In this document: positions 44,419-53,568 of the stretch, one piece after another
Layout: the number at the start of each line of letters is the position of its first letter
Numbering within the stretch: position 1 is the stretch's first letter
NCBI GenBank assembly: GCA_017461545.1
Contig: JAFTXP010000022.1
Coordinates: 497-64,496 of the forward strand
Length of the DNA: 64,000 nucleotides
Direction: 5' to 3'
DNA from: Clostridia bacterium
GTDB lineage: Bacteria; Bacillota; Clostridia; UBA1212
Position numbers and translations under genes: made by a program
The notes under the pieces: generated by a model
What the model saw: the letters and a program-made list of their open reading frames with translations, nothing else
Told to the model about the DNA's origin: nothing
The model's database searches: none

Positions 44419-46539
44419 TTACAGCTGCACCATATCAGTTATTCTCGATGCAATATATTCAATATATTCTTTAAATTCGGCTTCATCTGCTTTTTCTGCA
44501 ATGATTGCAGCCGCTCTTTGTGCGTCTTTTAAGATTGGGATATCTTCGTACAGATTGGCAACTTTAAATGCCGGAATTCCGTGCTGGGCTGTTCCGAAAA
44601 ATTCGCCGGGTCCTCTGAGTTCGAGATCTTTTTCCGAAATTGCAAAACCGTCACAGCCGGAGGTCATAACTTTCATACGCTTTTTTACAAGCTCTGACTT
44701 GCTGTCGGTTATGAGGGTGCAGTGTGACTGGAGTGCGCCTCTTCCGACGCGCCCTCTGAGCTGGTGGAGCTGTGCCAAGCCGAAACGCTCGGCGTTTTCG
44801 ATAACCATAACGGTTGCATTGCTGACGTCAACTCCGACTTCTACAACGGTGGTCGTGAAAAGAACTCTTATTTCTCCGCTTGCAAAACGGCGCATGATTT
44901 CATCTTTTTCCGCCCCCTTCATCTTTCCGTGTAGAAGGGCGGTGGGGATACCTTCAAATGCGGTGTCTGACAGCATCATATAGTTTTCCGTTGCGGAAAC
45001 AATGCCGTTATCTTCTGTTTCATCGTTCGTTTCAATCATCGGATGAACAATATACGCCTGCTGTCCTTCTTTGACGAGTTTTCTTACCCATGTGTAGACC
45101 CTGTAGTGCATATCACTGTTTGCAAGGTATGTCTTTATCGGAAGTCTGCCGGTCGGAAGTGTTTTTATCGAAGAAATGTCCATATCGCCGTACAGAATCA
45201 ATGCCAGAGTTCTTGGTATAGGAGTCGCGGTCATTACGAGAATGTCGGGCATGGTCTCTTTGTTTGAAAGCATTGCTCGCTGGCGCACGCCGAAACGGTG
45301 CTGTTCGTCCGTGATGACGATTCCCGGTTTGAAGAACTGCATACCGTCCTGTATAAGTGCCTGCGTTCCTATAATGCAGGCAATATTTCCGAGAGCAATC
45401 TCTTTCTTTATTTCCCTCTTGTTCTTTGCGGTAAGAGCACCGGTGAGAAGTCCTACAGTGATGCCGAGAGGCTCTAAAAAACGCCTGATATTTGAGTAGT
45501 GCTGTTCAGCAAGGATTTCGGTGGGAGCCATGTAGACTGCCTGATAACCGTTTCGTATGGCTTTGAACATTGCCATGACAGCGACGATGGTTTTTCCGGA
45601 GCCCACATCGCCGATAACCAGTCTGTTCATTATTTTTTGTGATTCCATATCGCTTTCGATATCATCCCAAACCGACTTTTGTGAATCTGTCAATTCAAAA
45701 GGCAGGGTGGAGGTGAGCTCTGTTATATCTGTCTTGCTGAACCTTATACCCATGTTGCCGTTTCGGTCACAATTTCTTTTCATGTTGAACAACATAAGTT
45801 GTAATTCGAGCAATTCGTCAAATGCGAGACGTCTGCGTGCTTCCTCCGCTTCCGTGATACTTTTTGGGAAATGAATAGAAGCTTTTGCATCGTGTTCCTT
45901 CATCAGGTTGAATTCTTTTAAAATTTCCACGGGTAATTCACAGCGGCTGTTGATGCCGGACATTGTTCTGATATGCGCATCGGAGTCCGTTTCATTTACC
46001 GATGTGATTTCACGGCTTAATTTCAGCGCTTCGCTGACAGCGTTTCTGACGGTCTTTTGGGTCAATCCGTTCACGAGAGGGTAAATTGGCTGAAGCTGCG
46101 TGAATTTATTGACTGCATTTTCGTCATCTGCTTTTTCAAATACAGGATTTTGCATGACAAGAGTGCTTCCGAAGCCTTGTGTAACAGTTCCGAAGAAAAT
46201 ATATCTGTAATTGTACTTTAATGTCTGCTGAATATAATTTTGATTATAGAACGATATCTGAAGATTTCCCGTTCCGTCGGAAACCGTGACTGTGTAAAGC
46301 GTAAGGTTACGTCTGAGCGTTTTTTTTACAATTTTATTTACGTATGCAATGACGGAAACTTCGTCATGCTGCTTAAGTTCGTCTATCTTTTTTACAACAG
46401 CTCTGTTTTCATATCTTATGGGGCAGAGCGAAAGCAGATCGCCCACGGTATAAACGCCCAGCCGTGCAAAAGCTTTTGCACGGACGTCTTTTATTCCTTT
46501 TATATCTGTAATGCTTTTTTCTTTAAATGAGTTTTCCAT
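44419..46539 (-). CDS. recG: ATP-dependent DNA helicase RecG
   Basis: GDVGSGKT, DEQHRFGV, and TATPIPRT followed by QLHQLRGRVGRG. Start taken at MENSFKEK. Confidence 0.9.
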   Translation of the reverse strand: MENSFKEKSITDIKGIKDVRAKAFARLGVYTVGDLLSLCPIRYENRAVVKKIDELKQHDEVSVIAYVNKIVKKTLRRNLTLYTVTVSDGTGNLQISFYNQNYIQQTLKYNYRYIFFGTVTQGFGSTLVMQNPVFEKADDENAVNKFTQLQPIYPLVNGLTQKTVRNAVSEALKLSREITSVNETDSDAHIRTMSGINSRCELPVEILKEFNLMKEHDAKASIHFPKSITEAEEARRRLAFDELLELQLMLFNMKRNCDRNGNMGIRFSKTDITELTSTLPFELTDSQKSVWDDIESDMESQKIMNRLVIGDVGSGKTIVAVMAMFKAIRNGYQAVYMAPTEILAEQHYSNIRRFLEPLGITVGLLTGALTAKNKREIKKEIALGNIACIIGTQALIQDGMQFFKPGIVITDEQHRFGVRQRAMLSNKETMPDILVMTATPIPRTLALILYGDMDISSIKTLPTGRLPIKTYLANSDMHYRVYTWVRKLVKEGQQAYIVHPMIETNDETEDNGIVSATENYMMLSDTAFEGIPTALLHGKMKGAEKDEIMRRFASGEIRVLFTTTVVEVGVDVSNATVMVIENAERFGLAQLHQLRGRVGRGALQSHCTLITDSKSELVKKRMKVMTSGCDGFAISEKDLELRGPGEFFGTAQHGIPAFKVANLYEDIPILKDAQRAAAIIAEKADEAEFKEYIEYIASRITDMVQL

Positions 46540-47401
46540 ATACGACACGCTCGATTCCGCCGTAATCACGGACTGTGTAAATATCGGTAAAATCTTTTTT
46601 CAGCAGTTTTCTTACATCATCTGCCTGACCGACTCCGACTTCAAATAAAATCATACCGTTTTTGTTAAGATAGAGCGGTGCCTCAGAAATGATTTCTCTG
46701 TATGCCGAAAGTCCGTCAGCACCGCCGTCAAGTGCGCTCATAGGCTCATGAAGCCGGACGTTGACGCTCAATTCTTTAATATCATCTGTAGGAATATACG
46801 GCGGATTTGAAACTATTATATCAAATTTTGAATTTTCGGAAGAAGTGCAGTTTACTTTTGCGGCGAAAGGCACAAAAAAACTGCCGGAATGAAAAGTAAT
46901 TTCGGTATTGCCCGGCTGTTCTGCGGCGTTTCTTTTCGCGGTGGCTAAAGCTTTTTCGGAAATATCCGATGCGTGTATCTCTGCGTTTTTCAGAAAATGA
47001 GAGAGCGCGATTGCGATACAGCCGCTTCCGGTACACATATCAAGTATTTTCGGTTGCTCCTGTATTTTTTCAGCGCATTTTATTGCTTCCGTGACAAGTA
47101 TTTCGGTGTCGGGACGCGGAATTAAAACATTTTCGTTCACATTGAATTTTATACCCATAAATTCGGTATATCCTAAAATGTGCTGGAGCGGAATTCCGTT
47201 GCCACACTCTTTTGCTGCGTTTATGACGGTGTTTGCGACTTTTTCAGACACCGTCAGGTTACTTTCTGTCAGGAACATCAGCTTTGTTATGCCTGCGAAA
47301 TGTTCTAAAAGCAAGTCGGTATTAAACGACGCAGGAGATACTCCTGCGTCGTTTAATATTTTCATTATTTTGTTTTTTAATTCGCGTACTGATATTTCCA
47401 T
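46523..47401 (-). CDS. prmC: release factor glutamine N5-methyltransferase
   Basis: DMCTGSGCIA and IVSNPPYI motifs. Confidence 0.9.
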   Translation of the reverse strand: MEISVRELKNKIMKILNDAGVSPASFNTDLLLEHFAGITKLMFLTESNLTVSEKVANTVINAAKECGNGIPLQHILGYTEFMGIKFNVNENVLIPRPDTEILVTEAIKCAEKIQEQPKILDMCTGSGCIAIALSHFLKNAEIHASDISEKALATAKRNAAEQPGNTEITFHSGSFFVPFAAKVNCTSSENSKFDIIVSNPPYIPTDDIKELSVNVRLHEPMSALDGGADGLSAYREIISEAPLYLNKNGMILFEVGVGQADDVRKLLKKDFTDIYTVRDYGGIERVVYGKLI

Positions 47402-47418
47402 AATATTCTATTAGTTTA

Positions 47419-48597
47419 TTATTCTGCAACTGTTTCGGAAGACTCTGCATTTTCGTTATCGTAGGCAGAAACTTCGGCTTCGTTTTCGTCAGCTGCACCT
47501 ATTATTTTTTCTTCCGCGTCTGTCGCTTCTGTTTCTTTTGCGGAGTAGTCGGGCACTTCGTTCTCAATATTAAGCGCTTCTGTGAGTGCGATAATAGCGA
47601 GTTCTATCATATCGTCCTCGGGTTCAACTGTTGTGAAACGCTGCATAGCCATACCGGGCGCTCTCAGAATTTTTGTGAGCTTGTTATCGTGAGCACCTGC
47701 GTATCTGTTGAATTCGTAAGCTATACCTGCAACGACGGGAAGTAATACTAATCTTAATAAGATATTGAGAATATATGCAAGAATTCCGTTTGAAACAACT
47801 ATGGAGTAGCCTGTGGCTTCAGTGCTGAAGCTCGGTACAATCGCAAAGAGCAAAATACTGATAATCATTACGACGAACAGGAATGCTGTTCCGCATCTGG
47901 GGTGGTGTTTTGACATTTTGCGGACATTTTCTACAGTGAGGTCAAGTCTGTGCTCGTAGCAGTGAATAGTTTTGTGCTCCGCGCCGTGATACATAAATAC
48001 TCTGCGTATCTCTTTCATTCTGGAAACAGCGAGCATATATATCAAAAAAATCGTTATTCTTACGATGCCCTCTACTGCTCTGGAAAGAAAATGTACAAGC
48101 CATGCGTTTTTTATAAAAGGCTCAAGTAAATACTTTTCTATAGGAGAAGAAATTACAAGCGGCAAGATAAAGAAGAGCGTTACTGAAATGATAAGCGCAA
48201 GCACAAGGGATATGCCCATTATGACATTCATCGCTTTATCACCGAGTTTTTTCTCCACCCAAAGGTCAAATTTAGTAGGAGTATATGCAGGGTCATCTTC
48301 TGTTGCACTGATTTCAGCTGAATTAAACAGAGCTCGCATTCCGACAACCAATGAATCTGCGAGTTTTATAGAACCTCTGACAACCGGCAAATTGAGGAAT
48401 TTATTTCCTGCGCCGAAAGGAAGCTGTCTTTTCTTCTCGATAACGAGCTCGCCCTGAGGATTTCTTACGACCTGCGCATATCCTTTCGGAGAACGCATCA
48501 TGATACCCTCCATCAAAGCTTCTCCGCCGATGCTGCAGATTATATTTCCGTTTTTGTCACATTTTTCGTTTCCTGTATATTTTATTTTTTCACTCAT
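47419..48597 (-). CDS. DUF1385 (YqhQ-like) membrane protein with acidic C-terminal tail
   Basis: GGEALMEGIMMRSPKG and YHGAEHKTIHCYE motifs. Confidence 0.8.
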   Translation of the reverse strand: MSEKIKYTGNEKCDKNGNIICSIGGEALMEGIMMRSPKGYAQVVRNPQGELVIEKKRQLPFGAGNKFLNLPVVRGSIKLADSLVVGMRALFNSAEISATEDDPAYTPTKFDLWVEKKLGDKAMNVIMGISLVLALIISVTLFFILPLVISSPIEKYLLEPFIKNAWLVHFLSRAVEGIVRITIFLIYMLAVSRMKEIRRVFMYHGAEHKTIHCYEHRLDLTVENVRKMSKHHPRCGTAFLFVVMIISILLFAIVPSFSTEATGYSIVVSNGILAYILNILLRLVLLPVVAGIAYEFNRYAGAHDNKLTKILRAPGMAMQRFTTVEPEDDMIELAIIALTEALNIENEVPDYSAKETEATDAEEKIIGAADENEAEVSAYDNENAESSETVAE

Positions 48598-48764
48598 AAG
48601 TAATCACCTTAAAAATATAGATATTCAAAGTATAATGCTTAACCGTGAATTGTGCAAGCATTTAAGCTTTTACAATAGTATATAAGGTGTTAAATAATTG
48701 TTAATGCTAAGAAAATATTAAAGGTTGTATAAATAATATGGAAGAAATTACCTGAAAATAAATG

Positions 48765-48803
48765 AGAACAAATGTTTGCAAAAATAAAAATAAATGATAT
48801 AAT
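48765..48803 (+). promoter_or_regulatory. LexA (Cheo-type) box overlapping the promoter of the Y-family polymerase operon
   Basis: AGAACAAATGTTTG (48765-78; GAAC-N4-GTTT). TTGCAA (48776-81), 16 nt, TGaTATAAT (48795-803). Confidence 0.6.
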
Positions 48804-48863
48804 TTCATAGAGTCCGCATTGCGAGATGGGCGGATTATAAATTTATCCGGGGATGAGATTGTT

Positions 48864-50159
48864 ATGCATCAGAAGAATACCGAGAAAAAAGAAATGCAAA
48901 AAGTATATATGTGCATAGATCTGAAATCTTTTTATGCGTCTGTCGAATGTGTAGACCGGGGTCTTGATCCTATGATTACAAACCTCGTGGTGGCAGATCC
49001 GGAACGTACGGACAAGACTATATGCCTTGCGATAACGCCTTCGATGAAATCTTTGGGCATAAAAAATCGTTGCAGACTTTTTGAAATACCTAAAAATATT
49101 GAATATATAATTGCACCGCCGCGTATGAAACGCTATATAGACTGTTCAGCCGAAATTTACGGAATCTATCTTAAATATATCGCCAAAGAAGATATACACG
49201 TATATTCGATAGATGAGGTTTTTATGGATGTGACGGCATATCTGGGATATTATTCGGTGACGCCTGAAGAGTTGGGACAAAAAATCATGCAGGATATTTT
49301 ATCTCAGACGGGGATAAGAGCCGCCTGCGGAATAGGAACAAATCTTTATCTTGCCAAAATAGCACTTGATATTACTGCGAAACATTCACCTGATTTTATA
49401 GGATATCTTGATGAGGAAATTTTTTGTCAGACATTAAGCCGTCACAGACCGCTGACCGATTTCTGGCGCATAGGAAGGGGCACGGCAAAACATCTGGAGC
49501 GCCTCGGAATATACGATATGCAGGGTATATCATCAGCTCATGAAGATTTGCTTTACCGCCATTTCGGAGTAGATGCGGAACTTTTGATTGACCACTCGCG
49601 AGGCAGAGAAACCGTAACTATGCATGATATAAAGACATATGTGTCAAAGGCACACTGTATCACAAGCGGTCAGGTACTTATGCGCGATTATGATTTTGAA
49701 GAGGGACGGCTGATTGTTAAAGAGATGACAGACCTGTTGTGTCTTGATCTTGTAGAACAGAATCTTGTGACAAAATCGATAACGCTGCATGTAGGGTATT
49801 CAAACTCTCTCTCAAAAGCTCCGGCTCACGGAAGTATTTCAGTTATAAGTGAAACAAATTCCTATAAAATACTGATACCTGCTGTTACCGAACTCTACGA
49901 CAGAATTGTCGAAAGGGAATATCCTGTCAGGCGAATAAATATTTCCATGAATGATGTTTCGGACGAAGTATTTTTGCAAGGCAGCTTATTTGATGATTTT
50001 GAAATGCTTGGGAAAAGCCGCAGTATACAAAAGGCAGTTATAGGAATAAAGAAGCGTTTCGGAAAAAATGCTGTTCTTAAAGGTATGAATTTCGAAAAAG
50101 CCGCTACAACAGCGGAACGGAACAGACAGATAGGAGGTCACAAGAGCGGTGAAGGATAA
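48864..50159 (+). CDS. Y-family DNA polymerase (UmuC/UvrX-like)
   Basis: YMCIDLKSFYASVECVDRGLDP and HVYSIDEVFMDVT motifs. Start taken at MHQKNTEKK. Confidence 0.85.
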   Translation: MHQKNTEKKEMQKVYMCIDLKSFYASVECVDRGLDPMITNLVVADPERTDKTICLAITPSMKSLGIKNRCRLFEIPKNIEYIIAPPRMKRYIDCSAEIYGIYLKYIAKEDIHVYSIDEVFMDVTAYLGYYSVTPEELGQKIMQDILSQTGIRAACGIGTNLYLAKIALDITAKHSPDFIGYLDEEIFCQTLSRHRPLTDFWRIGRGTAKHLERLGIYDMQGISSAHEDLLYRHFGVDAELLIDHSRGRETVTMHDIKTYVSKAHCITSGQVLMRDYDFEEGRLIVKEMTDLLCLDLVEQNLVTKSITLHVGYSNSLSKAPAHGSISVISETNSYKILIPAVTELYDRIVEREYPVRRINISMNDVSDEVFLQGSLFDDFEMLGKSRSIQKAVIGIKKRFGKNAVLKGMNFEKAATTAERNRQIGGHKSGEG

Positions 50160-50184
50160 AAATTTGTCAAATTGTCGGGGGAAA

Positions 50185-50496
50185 ATGCCACAGTCTGTAC
50201 GTGCGAAACAATTTTTGCCGTTTGCTGCGCTGAAAGGACTTCCTGAGGCTCTTGCCGAAAAAGAGAAGGAAACGGTCGTCAGAGCCTCGCTTTCCGAAGA
50301 AAGCGAGGCTCTGATTGACAGTACACTTCGTACATTGCAAAAAGGAATGACTGTAGAATTGACATATTATGACTATGATTCCTGTGTGAAAATCCGTGGT
50401 ACAGTAGATAAAATATACAGCGAATTAAGGATAATCCGTATAAATGGTAAAGATATAGTTTTTGATGATATATCCGATGTCGTAATTTGTCCTTAA
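50185..50496 (+). CDS. YolD-like protein
   Basis: RAKQFLPFAALKGL motif. Overlaps or abuts the polymerase gene. An alternative GTG start is at 50149. Confidence 0.6.
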   Translation: MPQSVRAKQFLPFAALKGLPEALAEKEKETVVRASLSEESEALIDSTLRTLQKGMTVELTYYDYDSCVKIRGTVDKIYSELRIIRINGKDIVFDDISDVVICP

Positions 50497-50590
50497 TTTA
50501 ATAAAATATAGCTATTATAGTCTTGCAAAAAAAACATAATTAATGTAAAATTCGAATATATATTATTTTTAGTATTTGGAGGACGATTTT

Positions 50591-53347
50591 ATGTTAAAGA
50601 TGAAATCTAATAACAAGATACTTGCTTTGGCATTGTCATTGATGTTACTCGTGAATACATTTGCAGGTTTGACTTTCAGCTCATCTGCTGCTGTATCTCC
50701 TTGGATTTGGGAGCCGTACACAACAGGTTATGCTGCTGCAACTAACGTTACGACTACAGACAATGCAGCAAGCGGTTATACGACGTTTGCTGTTACAGGC
50801 GACGATCCGTATGTTTATCCGGGTGCAGGCGGTGCAGGCAGTCTTGCTGCTACTCCGGCTTTGGGTAAGATAAATGCTACATCCCTTAAGTACGGTCTTG
50901 TACGTTACAGAACAACTACTGCTGCTCCGGGATCTATTCTTGCTAATTCGGGAGTTCCGACAGTGTCGCTCGGTTCATATAACGGAACTGGTAAGTGGAC
51001 TGACCTTGAGCTTGATTTGAACACAAATGAGTTATGGGATGGCGAAATTGACTGGTTCAGATATGATATGTTCGACGGAAATACAGGTACTGTTGATGTT
51101 GCTTTTATCGCTTTCTTCGAAACTGATACAGAGAGAGATACATATGCCGCAAACAGAGCTATGCCTGTAGACTATACTACTACTGACATAAGCGTTTACG
51201 GTCCTGATCTCCAGGCTATAAACAGCACCGGCACTTATAATATTGATACGGTGCCCGGTTGTGAACCGTTCAGTACATCTTGGACAGATGCAGGCTTTGC
51301 TGCGGGTTCGTCACTTGTAAGATTGAGTTACAACAACTTCGTATATGTTGGAGACTACAATTTTAAAAATGTTACAAAGATTGAGATTACATATCACACA
51401 GATGGTACCCTTGCAGCTGAAGACAGCGCTAATCCGGGTACGATGTATACACTCGGTCTCAGCAAAGTTCCCCAGTCATTCGGTTGGACCGGCGGTGAGG
51501 CAGCTCACTTTAATAATGCGATTGCATACGATGCTATATCGAACGGAACTACTAACGGTTGGCCGGCAGCAAGAACTGTTACTATCACTGAATGCATCGA
51601 TACTTCATATAACGGCGGTGTATGGCTTACAACATACGGCTGTAACGGACAGCCTGTTGTTGTTACAGGAATAAAACTCTACAGTGTAGTTCCTGATAAA
51701 TATGATGTTTCAGTCGGAACTGTTACAAACGGTACAGTTACAGTATCTCCTGCAGGAGAAGTAGAAGAAGGTACAACAGTAACAGTTACAGCATCACCTG
51801 ATTCAGGATATAAACTTGATGAGATTCTTGTAAACGGATCAGCTATCACAGGCACTACATTTGAGGTTACAGAAGATGCAGTTGTTACAGCTACATTCAC
51901 TTTGATTCCTCCCAGTGTAACAACATACGAAGTTTCAGTAGGTACAGTTGAAAACGGTACGGTTGCAGTTTCTACTGAAGGAACAGTAGAAGAGGGTACA
52001 ACAATAACTGTTACAGCTACTCCTGACACAGGTTATGAGCTTAATCAGATTCTTGTAAACGGAACAGCTATCACAGGTAATACATTTGAAGTTGCTGCTG
52101 ACTCAGTTGTTACAGCTACATTTACAAAAACTATTTACGAAGTTTCAGTAGGCACAGTTGAAAACGGCCGAGTATGGGTTAACGACAGTTCAGCTGTTGG
52201 TTGTGTTATGGGATCATTGATTGTTGTAACAGCTACTCCTGATGAGGGTTATGAACTTACAGCTATCCTTGTTGACGGAGCTCCTATTACAGGCACTTCT
52301 TTCAATGTTACAGGTAACCATGTTGTTACAGCTACATTTACATCGACTACACCTGATCCTACACCTACTTATGACGGTTCAATAAATATCGATTCTATTA
52401 ACTCAAACATTTGGGCAGGAAATACAACCATTGTTTTTGGCGATTCATATGGCGGTGAAGTTAACGGAACTTGGCATAACGCTATTCTCTGTGAATACAA
52501 TTCATCTCTTGATGCATATGTAGTTGTTGAAAAATGGAATCAGGGCGAATCTCGTTCGATGCAGCTCGGTGCAGGAAAAATCATAATTGACTCTGCAGGA
52601 ACAGGTGTTACAGATAACCAGTCAGGCTGGGATGCAGTTCAAGTAGGATCTGTTATTTACCTCGAGGGTGTTGACTTTACAACTAATACTCTTTCTCCTA
52701 ACGGTGCAGTTGCATATATAAGCAATAACACAAACGTTCCTACAGCTACATATACAGTTACAGTAGGTTATGTTGAGAACGGAACAGTTACTGTTTCTCC
52801 CGAAGGAGAAGCAGATGCCGGCACAACAGTAACAGTTACCGCTACTCCTGATGAAGGCTATGTTCTTGAGAATATAATTGTAAACAGTGAGCCTATTGAC
52901 GGTAATACATTTGTTCTTGAAGCTGACTCGGAAGTTATCGCTACATTTGTAGAGGATTCTACAGGCGATGAGAACACAGGTGACGAAAACACAGGCGACG
53001 AAAACACAGGCGATGAGAACACAGGTGACGAAAACACAGGTGACGAGAACACAGGTGACGAGAACACAGGTGACGAAAACACAGGTGACGAGAACACAGG
53101 TGACGAAAACACAGGTGACGAGAACACAGGTGACGAGAACACAGGTGACGAAAACACAGGTGACGAGAACACAGGTGACGAGAACACAGGTGATGAAAAC
53201 ACAGGTGACGAAAACACAGGTAATGACAATACAGATGATGAGAATGATAATGCAGAAACTGATGATGCTGCTGTTACAGCCCTCATTTCTCTTATGATTG
53301 CTGCTGCATTCCTGGCAATTCTTCTTAAGAAGAGAAGCGCATACTGA
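50591..53347 (+). CDS. large secreted, C-terminally membrane-anchored surface protein with four divergent InlB B-repeat-like domains and a (TGDEN)n tract
   Basis: GGAGG lies 8 nt before ATG 50591. Signal peptide MLKMKSNNKILALALSLMLLVNTFAG. C-terminal TM ALISLMIAAAFLAILLKKR. Confidence 0.8.
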   Translation: MLKMKSNNKILALALSLMLLVNTFAGLTFSSSAAVSPWIWEPYTTGYAAATNVTTTDNAASGYTTFAVTGDDPYVYPGAGGAGSLAATPALGKINATSLKYGLVRYRTTTAAPGSILANSGVPTVSLGSYNGTGKWTDLELDLNTNELWDGEIDWFRYDMFDGNTGTVDVAFIAFFETDTERDTYAANRAMPVDYTTTDISVYGPDLQAINSTGTYNIDTVPGCEPFSTSWTDAGFAAGSSLVRLSYNNFVYVGDYNFKNVTKIEITYHTDGTLAAEDSANPGTMYTLGLSKVPQSFGWTGGEAAHFNNAIAYDAISNGTTNGWPAARTVTITECIDTSYNGGVWLTTYGCNGQPVVVTGIKLYSVVPDKYDVSVGTVTNGTVTVSPAGEVEEGTTVTVTASPDSGYKLDEILVNGSAITGTTFEVTEDAVVTATFTLIPPSVTTYEVSVGTVENGTVAVSTEGTVEEGTTITVTATPDTGYELNQILVNGTAITGNTFEVAADSVVTATFTKTIYEVSVGTVENGRVWVNDSSAVGCVMGSLIVVTATPDEGYELTAILVDGAPITGTSFNVTGNHVVTATFTSTTPDPTPTYDGSINIDSINSNIWAGNTTIVFGDSYGGEVNGTWHNAILCEYNSSLDAYVVVEKWNQGESRSMQLGAGKIIIDSAGTGVTDNQSGWDAVQVGSVIYLEGVDFTTNTLSPNGAVAYISNNTNVPTATYTVTVGYVENGTVTVSPEGEADAGTTVTVTATPDEGYVLENIIVNSEPIDGNTFVLEADSEVIATFVEDSTGDENTGDENTGDENTGDENTGDENTGDENTGDENTGDENTGDENTGDENTGDENTGDENTGDENTGDENTGDENTGDENTGDENTGNDNTDDENDNAETDDAAVTALISLMIAAAFLAILLKKRSAY
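51701..52339 (+). repeat. three tandem domain repeats of about 66-70 aa (Y[DE]VSVGTV.NG.V...ATF)
   Basis: Units are at 51701-51899, 51926-52123 and 52136-52339. A fourth copy lies at 52751-52948. Confidence 0.75.
52961..53245 (+). repeat. 15-bp in-frame tandem repeat: 17 units encoding TGDEN plus 2 degenerate units
   Basis: acaggYgaYgaRaac repeats from 52961 to 53215, then TGNDN and TDDEN. Units differ only at synonymous third positions. Confidence 0.95.
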
Positions 53348-53384
53348 TATTGAATTGTCAGCTGATATCTTATAAGTAAATTTT

Positions 53385-53421
53385 AAGAAGCTTTGATTGT
53401 ATTATACAATCAAAGCTTCTT
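53385..53421 (+). terminator. rho-independent terminator
   Basis: aagaagctttgattgta tta tacaatcaaagcttctt forms a 17-bp stem, followed by ttttt. Confidence 0.75.
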
Positions 53422-53568
53422 TTTTATTGACAGAATCGTACTGCGGTTATATACTGGAAATATGATTTAGAACGATTATTCACAGATATTTTCCGGTATT
53501 ATCCGGGTTGTTTTCGTATATAAATTTTTGTGGATAGATAAAAAATATTTAATAGAGGAGGAGTTTTT

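Noticed and set aside
44384-44983. 199-aa plus-strand ORF
   Set aside because: It lies antisense within recG, whose helicase motifs are unambiguous. It is Ser/Ala/Pro-rich, which is typical of shadow frames.
52858-53297. 142-aa minus-strand ORF (SSPVF repeats) and 109-aa alternative plus-frame ORF (TQVTK repeats)
   Set aside because: Both are by-products of the 15-bp tandem repeat being open in several frames. The TGDEN frame is contiguous with a 919-aa protein that has a signal peptide and an anchor.
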